DNA of 64,000 nt from a virus. The number at the start of each line of letters is the position of its first letter. The stretch's first letter is position 1. The notes below the pieces were generated by a model. It was not told the DNA's origin. It ran no database searches and saw nothing but the letters and a program-made list of their open reading frames with translations. A program made the position numbers and the translations under genes. The stretch is from positions 64,001-128,000 of IMG/VR virus record IMGVR_UViG_3300017991_000051, one strand, 5' to 3'. Of the stretch, positions 44,900 through 53,769 are shown piece after piece.

Positions 44900-45592
44900 T
44901 TATGCGGTTAGTGTTATACCCTTCAACTTCAGTGCTTCCGGAGTCAGTTGCCATACGTGATTGAACGCATAGGTCACAACTACCGGCACGACCCAATGTT
45001 CTCTTGATTCCTCGAGCTTCCCGATGCCCCCTAACTCCATGACCTCGAACCTGTTCAGGTTTGTATCCTTACGGATCAGCGGAGCGAACTCCACCAGCTC
45101 AAAGAAAACTTCTGTTCCGACCGTTTCGGCTTCCGCCCCGGTCCCGCCGATACAGAACACTGTATGGCTTCCTGCTATTATTACCTCATAACGGTATCCA
45201 TTGTCAACAGCATTATCGGTCACAATGTTCGATTTGTCAATGCTCGAACGTGTGCCCAGCATATGCTTGTCCCCGATACCCAGCTTGATGCGTCCGTACC
45301 GGTTACGTTTGACGTATATCCCAGGCCGGCGTTGTATCGCCTGCGTGGGTGATTTAGGCCACTTTGTCACGGATTCAATGGCGATCCGCGAGGCCTCCGT
45401 CTCGCTGTTCCAGATGTAGTCCTTCAGACTCGCATCAACGATCTGCGCCGGATCGGAGAAGTGCCGGCGGATCACCCACAGTAAAACACCCGTCATGACC
45501 AGCGGAGGGTGCCCGATGGTACACAGTGCGCTGAACTCGCTATCCACCCACTGCGGGTCAATTACGCCTGTTATTGGGGATGCCAAGCTCAT
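44900..45592 (-). CDS. putative tail terminator/completion protein
   Basis: Directly upstream of the sheath; RPGIYVKR and VVPVVVTY pattern. Confidence 0.6.
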   Translation of the reverse strand: MSLASPITGVIDPQWVDSEFSALCTIGHPPLVMTGVLLWVIRRHFSDPAQIVDASLKDYIWNSETEASRIAIESVTKWPKSPTQAIQRRPGIYVKRNRYGRIKLGIGDKHMLGTRSSIDKSNIVTDNAVDNGYRYEVIIAGSHTVFCIGGTGAEAETVGTEVFFELVEFAPLIRKDTNLNRFEVMELGGIGKLEESREHWVVPVVVTYAFNHVWQLTPEALKLKGITLTA

Positions 45593-45773
45593 GTAGTACG
45601 TCCTCCCACTCCGGCTCGTAGTTCAATGAAATCAGCGGCAACATCCTCGTCCCCTGTGTCCGCTCACGCCTACGCTCCCTCCTGCGGGAGGGTGGAGGCG
45701 CCGGCTCGGGCGAAGCCGGCGCACTCACGGGCGGTGACGGGCTGGCACCGGGGTTGAAAGTCTTGCGCGCCAT
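45558..45773 (-). CDS. small Pro/Arg-rich protein
   Basis: GGAG SD; downstream of motif copy 3. Confidence 0.5.
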   Translation of the reverse strand: MARKTFNPGASPSPPVSAPASPEPAPPPSRRRERRRERTQGTRMLPLISLNYEPEWEDVLHELGIPNNRRN

Positions 45774-45784
45774 TTACTCTCCAA

Positions 45785-45811
45785 AGATTGTCTAGCAATG
45801 ATACAAAATCT
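45785..45811 (-). promoter_or_regulatory. quasi-palindromic motif copy 3
   Basis: AGATTGTCTA-N7-TACAAAATCT at the head of the tail gene block. Confidence 0.55.
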
Positions 45812-46647
45812 TAGAACCTGTCCACCTTCACGATCGCATCGAAAATGAGGTGGTCCCACTCCTCGAGCGCCTTCGGGATCAGCGCAGCGTTGTCCATCGC
45901 CCACCCCTTCTTCCGCTCGAACTGGATCCGGAGATGTTTCTTCAGCGGAAGATTGGTCACGAAGTACTCGTGCATCTTATTCGCCGCACCCGACAACAGG
46001 ATGCTTAGTATGAACCGCCCCCACTTCAGCACCGTCCACCACTTCGTGGACCCGACGGTGTTGTTCTTGCAGCGTTCACCGGTTCCGATCGAGCACAGCT
46101 CCAGCTCCGACAGCGACACCCCCAGCTTGGCGATGGAACCAACGGTGGCGACCATGGCCGGATTGTTCGCGAACGGTCCACCGTCCGCCAGGCCCTTCCA
46201 CGGCAGGAAGTAGCCTTCGGCGGCCACGGCCATGCGCACGACCTCCCACAACCACAGCTCGCCGTCCTCCGAGTCGCCGGAGAAGAAGACCTTGAGGGTC
46301 TCTCGATTCAAATCCGCCGCGGTAATGAAAAGCGGCACCTTCACGTCCTTCAACTTCCCCGGGAAGAGGGACTTCAGCGCCGCATTCAGCTCCTTGTCGG
46401 AGTAGCGGGGCGTGAACGGGTTGAACCGCTTCCACGTATAGCCGGCAAATATCTTCGGCGCCTTCTCGAGGAAGAAGTCCATGAACTGCGCTTGATCGAT
46501 CTTCGTGGCGATGGACGCGCCGACGATGGCTCCCACCGACGTGCCGGCCACGAAGTCGAACTTATCCAAATCCTTGACTTGGCTCAGGATCGACGCCTGC
46601 CCCACACCGAACACCCCGCCCCCGTCTAGTGCTAAACCTTTCATCAC
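45811..46647 (-). CDS. patatin-like phospholipase
   Basis: LALDGGG glycine loop, GTSVG nucleophile elbow, LADGGPFANNP catalytic Asp, CSIGTG. Confidence 0.92.
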   Translation of the reverse strand: MMKGLALDGGGVFGVGQASILSQVKDLDKFDFVAGTSVGAIVGASIATKIDQAQFMDFFLEKAPKIFAGYTWKRFNPFTPRYSDKELNAALKSLFPGKLKDVKVPLFITAADLNRETLKVFFSGDSEDGELWLWEVVRMAVAAEGYFLPWKGLADGGPFANNPAMVATVGSIAKLGVSLSELELCSIGTGERCKNNTVGSTKWWTVLKWGRFILSILLSGAANKMHEYFVTNLPLKKHLRIQFERKKGWAMDNAALIPKALEEWDHLIFDAIVKVDRF

Positions 46648-46960
46648 TACGCTCCACTGTCTTTCGCTGTTCGCATAACTCCCTGACGTTCTCCACGTAC
46701 CGCGTGGCGAAGCTACGGTTATGACCGACGATCAGATGGCACCGCCGGCACAACGTTATGAAGTTGTCCGGATCCAACGCCAGCGACTCGTCCGCCCACA
46801 ACGGAACGATGTGATGCGCCTGCAGCTTCTTTATCGCACCACACCAGCAACAGTAAGGCTCCTTCTCGATGTGCTGCCTGCATGCCTTACGCACCCTCCA
46901 CGTCCTCGTGGGGTACTTCACCACGTAGGACCAGTTCCGTGTCTCCAACGTTGTAAACAC
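46562..46960 (-). CDS. HNH endonuclease
   Basis: CCWCG...LQAHHIVP...NFITLCRRCH. Confidence 0.85.
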   Translation of the reverse strand: MFTTLETRNWSYVVKYPTRTWRVRKACRQHIEKEPYCCWCGAIKKLQAHHIVPLWADESLALDPDNFITLCRRCHLIVGHNRSFATRYVENVRELCEQRKTVERSDERFSTRRGRGVRCGAGVDPEPSQGFG

Positions 46961-47277
46961 TATGCCTTCTTCTTCAGGCGGTAATGCGGAACATTCTTCA
47001 GTCGACCATTAACCATGATCCTGAACTGCTTCATCTCCGCCATACCGCTGTTCACCATCGTCTGCACGTAGCGATTCACTACCGAATGACTCTTCTGCAT
47101 CACAGCCACCAGCTCGCGCATGGGATGCCAATCAGGTGGCACTTCATCCAAGTCCGGCATAGTCGCCTCCGCCGCCGCGCTCACCCACGCCTCGATGTCA
47201 TCTTGTGACATCTTCACGTTTAGAGTTTCACGGTGCGGGCTTTTTGACGCTTTAGATCTGCGAGATGCGCCTGCCAT
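46960..47277 (-). CDS. small winged-HTH protein
   Basis: WHPMRELVAVMQKSHSVVNRYVQTMVNSG; start uncertain. Confidence 0.6.
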   Translation of the reverse strand: MAGASRRSKASKSPHRETLNVKMSQDDIEAWVSAAAEATMPDLDEVPPDWHPMRELVAVMQKSHSVVNRYVQTMVNSGMAEMKQFRIMVNGRLKNVPHYRLKKKA

Positions 47278-48044
47278 ACGTAACCTCCATCCGGATTGAC
47301 ATCGAAGTGTACAAACCCGTAGTTAACACGTCCAGAACACTTACGTGCACCGAACTTGGTTCCCATCGCCTGCAACGCCGGCGTCGTCATAGCCAGCACG
47401 TCGTCTTCGCCACAGAACACGTGATAGTGTACGTGGCTGCGTATGATGACGTCGCCTTTCGGCTGCTCCTTGTGGTCCGACCACAGGCAGTTCCACAGGC
47501 GATCGCGCGCCAGTGCCGTGTAACGGCCGTGCGGAATCTGCGACGACCCGATATGGTGTTTCACATCGAATACGCAACCGTTCACGTCCACCCACTCGTG
47601 ACTCCCGATCTTCACCGACTTGACGCCCTTCACGTCGCGCAACCGATCGGCGATGATGTCTTCAAAGTCTTCCTTGTCGCCCGTATGATACGGGGTGCCG
47701 TAGGTGAGCACATAGTGCTTTGCCTTGAGCTGCTTAAGCACGTCCAGCGCCATGTCCACCTGCGTAATCCTGTTCGTTGTAATCAGCTCTGTACCGCCCG
47801 ATCGCTCGCCGCGACCATCAATCATATCCGCATTGAAGATCACGACATCGAAAGGCCCCGTTGCATTGGTCTCCTTCTCGAACCAGTTCCACGACTCGCG
47901 CTCGAGATCCGCCGCCTTATCCCGCCACGTACCACGCTGCTTCGTGTACGTCATCTGATATTGCGGTGAGGTTAGACCAACCAAGTGGCCACAATGTGAG
48001 TCGGAGAAGATACCGACCCGTTTCGTTTTACGGCTACCACCCAT
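47220..48044 (-). CDS. metallophosphoesterase
   Basis: SDSHCG, NADMIDG, GTPYH, KHH, RSHVH motifs; AAGGAGG SD. Confidence 0.85.
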   Translation of the reverse strand: MGGSRKTKRVGIFSDSHCGHLVGLTSPQYQMTYTKQRGTWRDKAADLERESWNWFEKETNATGPFDVVIFNADMIDGRGERSGGTELITTNRITQVDMALDVLKQLKAKHYVLTYGTPYHTGDKEDFEDIIADRLRDVKGVKSVKIGSHEWVDVNGCVFDVKHHIGSSQIPHGRYTALARDRLWNCLWSDHKEQPKGDVIIRSHVHYHVFCGEDDVLAMTTPALQAMGTKFGARKCSGRVNYGFVHFDVNPDGGYVWQAHLADLKRQKARTVKL

Positions 48045-48100
48045 CGTGATGCCCTCCTTCTATTCCATCCAGCAGAACTATTCCGCCGATGGTGCTGCTG

Positions 48101-48129
48101 ATTAAACAACAAAATAACTAAGCCGTCAA
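48101..48129 (-). promoter_or_regulatory. sigma70-type promoter for the phosphoesterase-patatin cassette
   Basis: TTGACG-N17-TTTAAT with an AT-rich UP-like tract upstream. Confidence 0.65.
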
Positions 48130-48277
48130 GCAACAAATTAAGGAAAAAAATAACTTATCAAATAGGCAAACGGCACGCCATATGACTAGCCAAAATAAAA
48201 GGCAAAACGCTATTACGCTGCTCCATACAAGCAGTGAGATGGCGCCGTGTAGTGCCCGTCGCCAATTCGCCCGTTTC

Positions 48278-48655
48278 CTAGAACTCTGCATTGAGTGTCA
48301 GGGTGGCTGCACCGTTCGTACTGTTCACGAACCGAAGGGTGTCGCCGTCCCGGAAGTATACCCGCCCAGGTATGTACCATGTGACATGCGTCATGTTGGT
48401 CTCCGGTACGTTCAGCAACACGTTCGTCACGTCGTTGCGGACGTACGATACCGTAAACTCATTGGTCACCGGCTCCGGGAAGCTCAACAGTACAGACGTC
48501 AGATAGTACGGACGAACCGATGTACCTGTCACTGGGATCTCCAGCGTGCCGGAGATCGCTCGAGCCGTATTGAAAATGAAGGTGTCGCCGGCGATCGCTG
48601 CAACAGCGATCAGCAGCCCCACCAATACCAGCCGTATGATCTTTTGTCGCTTCAT
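48278..48655 (-). CDS. small exported beta-rich protein
   Basis: Signal peptide MKRQKIIRLVLVGLLIAVAAIA; four TN dipeptides in 125 aa. Confidence 0.8.
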   Translation of the reverse strand: MKRQKIIRLVLVGLLIAVAAIAGDTFIFNTARAISGTLEIPVTGTSVRPYYLTSVLLSFPEPVTNEFTVSYVRNDVTNVLLNVPETNMTHVTWYIPGRVYFRDGDTLRFVNSTNGAATLTLNAEF

Positions 48656-48669
48656 GTTCGTATACTCCT

Positions 48670-49050
48670 TTACGGGAGGCGGCTCTTGCCAACCTTGATA
48701 GCAGCGCGCCTCCAGCGTACCATCTCCTGAATGCCGTTGGTCGAACCAAGCGCCTCAAGCGCGTTCTTCCACTGGGTCCGCGTGGCCTTGACCTCCAAAA
48801 ACTCAAGGAGTTCGCCGTCCACGTTTATTGGTACACGGTCGCCGGCCGCGTCGCGCAGCATCACCGCGAACTCGAAGGTGTTCTCGTTCAGATCTATGAA
48901 GATCCCGCGCTTCTTCTCGAGGCGTATGCTTTCGGGCGTCCGCGATACGGTCTGCTCCGTCGTGTACGATTCCTGCTGGTCGGCTCCCATAACTATGAAT
49001 GTCGCCACCAACAGTGCCAGGACTACGCCTGCTGTAATATACTTCTTCAT
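48670..49050 (-). CDS. small exported protein, paralog of 49423..49809
   Basis: Signal peptide MKKYITAGVVLALLVATFIVMG. Confidence 0.8.
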   Translation of the reverse strand: MKKYITAGVVLALLVATFIVMGADQQESYTTEQTVSRTPESIRLEKKRGIFIDLNENTFEFAVMLRDAAGDRVPINVDGELLEFLEVKATRTQWKNALEALGSTNGIQEMVRWRRAAIKVGKSRLP

Positions 49051-49416
49051 CTTACCGTCTCCTTTTTCTCAAATATTACTCCTGCTCCGTTTCCTCGAAC
49101 GCCGCATCGGCCTCCGCCTTAGCCGCATCGATGGCGGCGTTGACGGCGTCTACCCGCTTATGCTCGGCCAACGCTGTACGCCAGTACTCCAGAACGGCAG
49201 CGGTCGACGCGTCCTTAAACCGTGCTTGGTAGTCGCCGCCAGCGTTGTCCGGATCGATCTTCTCGTCTAGGAGTTCCTTGACCGCGTCAACTTCAAGGCT
49301 CTTGATCGTAATCTTAATCGTAAGATCGATGTCTGCCGCCCACGCAACAACAGCAATACCAACGACACCGACCAGAACCAATATCATCAGATGTTTCTTC
49401 ATCTTACCGTCTCCTT
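49043..49416 (-). repeat. identical 22-bp RBS/start repeat at 49043-49064 and 49395-49416
   Basis: AAGGAGACGGTAAGATGAAGAA in both copies. Confidence 0.85.
49076..49402 (-). CDS. small exported acidic helical protein
   Basis: Signal peptide MKKHLMILVLVGVVGIAVVAWA. Confidence 0.8.
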   Translation of the reverse strand: MKKHLMILVLVGVVGIAVVAWAADIDLTIKITIKSLEVDAVKELLDEKIDPDNAGGDYQARFKDASTAAVLEYWRTALAEHKRVDAVNAAIDAAKAEADAAFEETEQE

Positions 49417-49422
49417 GTCGTA

Positions 49423-49809
49423 TTATAGTTGATCGTATAGTGCTTTCGCCACACGAAGATGCGCGCGCTTAAGCGTCAGAAGAAATCCGACGTCATTCGT
49501 AGCCGCCGCGTAACCCTCTTGATTCAAACCCCACTTAAGGTTCGAGAGCGTGGGCGTCACCGCGTAGAACTCCTGATCCCCAGGGAGCTTGGTCATCTTG
49601 ACCACCGTCCCGTCAGCCTTCTGGAGCTGGACGACATACTCTTGGCTCCAGTCGTTAATGTCGTAGACGAGCTTTGTGTCGTCAGCGAACACCATCTTCG
49701 CCGGTGTTTGGTCGTAAGTTTGCGGCGTGTTGTAGTCGATGGACGTACCAAGGGAAATCCCCGCGATAAGCCCCGTTACCGTCATTATAATTGCATATCT
49801 GATCTTCAT
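49423..49809 (-). CDS. small exported protein, paralog of 48670..49050
   Basis: Signal peptide MKIRYAIIMTVTGLIAGISLG. Confidence 0.8.
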   Translation of the reverse strand: MKIRYAIIMTVTGLIAGISLGTSIDYNTPQTYDQTPAKMVFADDTKLVYDINDWSQEYVVQLQKADGTVVKMTKLPGDQEFYAVTPTLSNLKWGLNQEGYAAATNDVGFLLTLKRAHLRVAKALYDQL

Positions 49810-49830
49810 TCTTAACCTTCTCCTTCTTCT

Positions 49831-52800
49831 TTACGGGCTTACCATTAACGTTCCCGTAGCGTTTGTATAAAGCAATCCCGATGCTCCGGCAGCACTAGGA
49901 AGCGGCAGTTGGAATATAACATTATGCACGGTAGCTGTCCCGTTTACAGTTAGACGGGTTGGTGCGTTCGTTGTTCCGACACCAGTATTCCCCTGCGCCT
50001 GTGACGCTGACTCGTCCCAGTTCAAGGCGATGTGGCCAAAGCCGCTCCCCGTGTTTGTACCGGGAGCCATGTGAATGTGTGCCCCTGCTGTGTAAACTGT
50101 AGCCGTCGGGCAAGCATCTGCGGCCTCGAACACGAAGTTGCTTTGAACCTCATCGTGATACCCGTCGGTGGCGATCACACGGAAGGCGTTCGGCATATTG
50201 TTCCTGTGGCCGTGAAGCGACATAGTAACGCCGAGGTTCTGACTCTCCTTGCCGCCATAGAGTATGAGGCTGTTCTGCGAGTTATTTCCGTCCGGTCGAA
50301 TGCCATAGCCCTTTAGGTATATCGACCCAACAAGCAACGACTGGTATATCCACGCATCACCATCCTTATCACAATTCATCCTAGTCGAACCAGAACCCGT
50401 CGTAACCTTCAATAAAACCTCGTTCACCGCTGGGTCCGCATTGTGGATATGCAGCATACAACTCGGATTATTGGTTCCGATACCCACCCAGTTCGTCGGT
50501 GATGTGCCGTACGCGTTCGTATAGTACAGATGTCCTAATGAGTTCTGCCCCCACGTCGAGTTAGCTGAAAGATACCGTAGATTCACACACTCGAGGTCGT
50601 TTGTCGGGTCGGCCGTCAAAAGATGGTTGTCGTTCGTCCACACCATGAACTCATCGAACCACACCGACTCATAGCGGAAGTTGGCGGTGTTGGTTCCGTG
50701 CGCCGTATAATCAGCGTTGTGGTTGTCCGACAGGACAAGCGCACCCACGAAACCGCCGCCCTGAGATCTGCGGCCACCCATGATCTGATAAGAAGCGTCA
50801 ACGTCATTCCCCTGACCGCCGATGATCGTGGCATAGTCTGAGTTTGCCGCCATGTCATTATCATCTCCACCACCAATGACAGAGTCAGTGCAGCCGTTAC
50901 CCACGCTGTGGTTACGACCGCCGCCTATCACGAGGTAGTCGGCTGTTGAGCCGATCTGGATAGACTGACCTGAGCCGATGAAGTTGTAGTCGGAGTTGAT
51001 ACCGCTCGACCAGCTTCGTCCGTGGTAGTTGTTGTCACTACCGTCAGCCGATCCGTACCGTCCACTGATCCGGCAGAACTTCACCTTTGAGGTCGTTTCG
51101 TTTCTGTAACCACGAATCCATGACCACTTGGAAGCGTTGACGACGTTGGAATGCCCGAAGACATCACACTCTTCCGCTGCGTTGCTAACAGCATTACTCT
51201 GACCACCTATCCGAGAGAAAATAACATCAGAAGCTACCGAGTGACCGCGCCCCAAGATCATGTTATTGGTTGCCGAGTTACCAGCATCGAGAACCTCTTG
51301 AAGTGTCCCAGCGCCACCGCCGCCGCCAGCAACCGCCATCGACTGGGTTACGGTGCCGTCCGCGGAGACATACAGAAGGTTTGTAGCGAGGTCACTTATC
51401 TTAGCCCCGCTCTCAAACACGAGCGAGTTGGACGCTATGTTGTATAGCGTATTTGACATGAAGTTGAAACCTGATGCAGCTGTAATCTGGAGCATAGTTG
51501 TGCCGTCGTACATGAACTTCCAGTAGCCACCACTCGCGGCAGTCTTCTCGATACCGGTGTCACCGTGCGTGATTGTCGTACCAGCAACGCCGTCAAACCA
51601 GAGCTGACTCCCAGCCTGCATTGTGCCGTCACCTTTCCACGCCAAGCCCCGGAAGCCACCGCCGTATGAATGGTAGTAGAGGCCGCCGTTCCAGACGTTC
51701 ATGGCCAGCGTCACGGTAATGCCGCTCCAATCAATAGCCGGCACACTTGCACTTCCGACATACAGATCGCCACCCCGGACGCGAAGGTCCCCTTGGTTGG
51801 TCGAGATACTGCTCAATCCGCCTGCTACGGTAAACGGCGCCGTAAGCGTAACATTCGGCTGAAGGTTCGTGATGCCGCCGCCCCCGCCTGAGATCATGCT
51901 GTTTGTGTTCGCCCCGTCCGCCGACACGTAGAAGATATCCGTCCCCCTCGAGAAAATGCGAGAGTTATCGTCACACACCAGCATCAGGTTAGTCGACACG
52001 TTTGTAATACCGTAGCTCGACATATTGATGTTCGTCACCGCGACCTCTACACCTACCAACGGGTTCGTGCTCACGCCGTTAGAGGACGTGTAGTAGATCT
52101 GCGTACCATCCACGGACAGCCGCGAACCGTCTACGAATTCAATCGATTCCGTGGCCACGTTCGTGATGCTGTACCCGCCAGCGTTAATATTCGTACTGGC
52201 AGGACGGTTGGCCCAGTAGTCGAAATAGGTCTTTTCCGTGATACTCCGCGTATACAGCCGGAGGTCCCCAGACACCCTGTCCTGATAGACGATGTAAAGC
52301 ACGTCGTCAATCAGTACCGAATCAAACTCGTTGTCGCAGTCGAGAGGGAGTCGCACGTACGTCATGGCGCTCACCTTGTAATCGCCACCCGCGAGTCGCG
52401 GCATCGTAAGCAGCACGAGGTCGGTGTCGGACACGGTGCCGGCACCGGTCCCGTCGTTCGGCTGGTAGAGAACGAGGACGTCGCCGTTAGTACGTACGTT
52501 TACGGAGATCGTAGCAGAGTCGGAAGGATCGGAGTCCTTGGGGCCCTTATAGGGGCTGGGAGCGAGCCCAGCGTCGTTCTGAGCGATCATGAACGACTCC
52601 CATGCCGTGTTCGTACCCTCACCAGGATACTGGAAGGCGAAGCCGAGGTTAGCGTTATCGGCCGTAATACCGTTACGGAACCAGAAGCCCTCGAAGACCG
52701 CGACCATCTGGTCGTTGTTAGTGTTACGCCCCAGCCTGACGGCGCTGAAGCCGAACGGGGCCTGATACGGCGAAACGCCGTTGTAGACGATCACGTTAGT

Positions 52801-53754
52801 AGTCGCCGGCCGCCCTCCGCTGACAGGCTGTTTCTCGTACATGATGCCGGTATTCCGCTTCTGATAGGCGACGTGGATGTTACTGTTCTCATCGATCAGC
52901 ATATCGATCGCATGCGAGTCACGACCGTCGTTCTCGCCATACACTTCAGGGGTCCCCCACGCGCCGCCGGAGCGCACATTGCGCCTGTTGTAGGTGGCTC
53001 CGCTGTTGTATCCGTTATCCTCACCCACGTGGTATAGAACGAACACGTCATCGTTGGTCTGCACCTGAATGATCTGCGGCCGTGTACCGTGCCGGGGGTT
53101 CCCGTCATCCACCTGCTCTTTCGCCAGCCACGCACCACTCTTCCGCGTATACTGAATAGAGGTATCGCCCTTAACACCATCGAGGTTCCACGCGATGTGG
53201 GGCTGATTGTTGGTATCGATATCGATGTCGACGGTCTTCCCCTTGTAATCATATGCCTTCGTCTGCCCAGTATCCTCGAGGCTCCACGAGGATAGGTTGT
53301 AGACGCCGTACCGGATCGTACTCGCGTCGGAGTAGGCAAGCACGAGCCAGCCGTTGGTGTCGACAGCAACCGCCGGGGAGTAACCGGCATCGCCCACAGG
53401 CGTATCATTCGTCACGTAGACTGTCTCGAGCCCGATGTCGCGATCGTTGATAACGCCGGAGAAGTCCTTCAGCTCAACGGAGTAGCGATTGCTGGCAGCA
53501 ACCCACACGGGATCCGTCTCGAGTCCAGGAAGGCCGGCGATCGTCACGTAATCGACCTTGGCAGTGGACCACACGGGATCCACCTCGACGCTGATACCGC
53601 CCCCGCCAGCGCCCGCGGTGTCGATCGGTCGCCCATTAACGTAGATGAAGCCGCCGCCGGTGGAAGGCTGCATTGTCGCAGACACAGCGCCTGCGAGCGC
53701 GAACAGGATCAAACTACCGACAATCAGCGGCAGTGCTTTGAATGGCCGTATCAT
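49831..53754 (-). CDS. exported fibre/adhesin-like protein (1307 aa)
   Basis: Signal peptide ending AVSA; propeller-like region (PHIAW, IHVAY); TLQEVLDAGN; IGGG..N beta-roll repeats; VGIGTNNP fibre motifs. Confidence 0.8.
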   Translation of the reverse strand: MIRPFKALPLIVGSLILFALAGAVSATMQPSTGGGFIYVNGRPIDTAGAGGGGISVEVDPVWSTAKVDYVTIAGLPGLETDPVWVAASNRYSVELKDFSGVINDRDIGLETVYVTNDTPVGDAGYSPAVAVDTNGWLVLAYSDASTIRYGVYNLSSWSLEDTGQTKAYDYKGKTVDIDIDTNNQPHIAWNLDGVKGDTSIQYTRKSGAWLAKEQVDDGNPRHGTRPQIIQVQTNDDVFVLYHVGEDNGYNSGATYNRRNVRSGGAWGTPEVYGENDGRDSHAIDMLIDENSNIHVAYQKRNTGIMYEKQPVSGGRPATTNVIVYNGVSPYQAPFGFSAVRLGRNTNNDQMVAVFEGFWFRNGITADNANLGFAFQYPGEGTNTAWESFMIAQNDAGLAPSPYKGPKDSDPSDSATISVNVRTNGDVLVLYQPNDGTGAGTVSDTDLVLLTMPRLAGGDYKVSAMTYVRLPLDCDNEFDSVLIDDVLYIVYQDRVSGDLRLYTRSITEKTYFDYWANRPASTNINAGGYSITNVATESIEFVDGSRLSVDGTQIYYTSSNGVSTNPLVGVEVAVTNINMSSYGITNVSTNLMLVCDDNSRIFSRGTDIFYVSADGANTNSMISGGGGGITNLQPNVTLTAPFTVAGGLSSISTNQGDLRVRGGDLYVGSASVPAIDWSGITVTLAMNVWNGGLYYHSYGGGFRGLAWKGDGTMQAGSQLWFDGVAGTTITHGDTGIEKTAASGGYWKFMYDGTTMLQITAASGFNFMSNTLYNIASNSLVFESGAKISDLATNLLYVSADGTVTQSMAVAGGGGGAGTLQEVLDAGNSATNNMILGRGHSVASDVIFSRIGGQSNAVSNAAEECDVFGHSNVVNASKWSWIRGYRNETTSKVKFCRISGRYGSADGSDNNYHGRSWSSGINSDYNFIGSGQSIQIGSTADYLVIGGGRNHSVGNGCTDSVIGGGDDNDMAANSDYATIIGGQGNDVDASYQIMGGRRSQGGGFVGALVLSDNHNADYTAHGTNTANFRYESVWFDEFMVWTNDNHLLTADPTNDLECVNLRYLSANSTWGQNSLGHLYYTNAYGTSPTNWVGIGTNNPSCMLHIHNADPAVNEVLLKVTTGSGSTRMNCDKDGDAWIYQSLLVGSIYLKGYGIRPDGNNSQNSLILYGGKESQNLGVTMSLHGHRNNMPNAFRVIATDGYHDEVQSNFVFEAADACPTATVYTAGAHIHMAPGTNTGSGFGHIALNWDESASQAQGNTGVGTTNAPTRLTVNGTATVHNVIFQLPLPSAAGASGLLYTNATGTLMVSP

Positions 53755-53769
53755 GGTCTTGCTCCGTAG

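Noticed and set aside
45811-46647. CBASS system suggested by the CapV-like patatin
   Set aside because: No CD-NTase, Cap2/Cap3 or HORMA/TRIP13 gene is nearby
46562-46960. Intron-encoded homing endonuclease
   Set aside because: The flanking genes are intact and unrelated; there is no split gene or group I intron core
1145-48044. Three metallophosphoesterases as one system
   Set aside because: They belong to different subfamilies in unrelated contexts, and each is common in large phages
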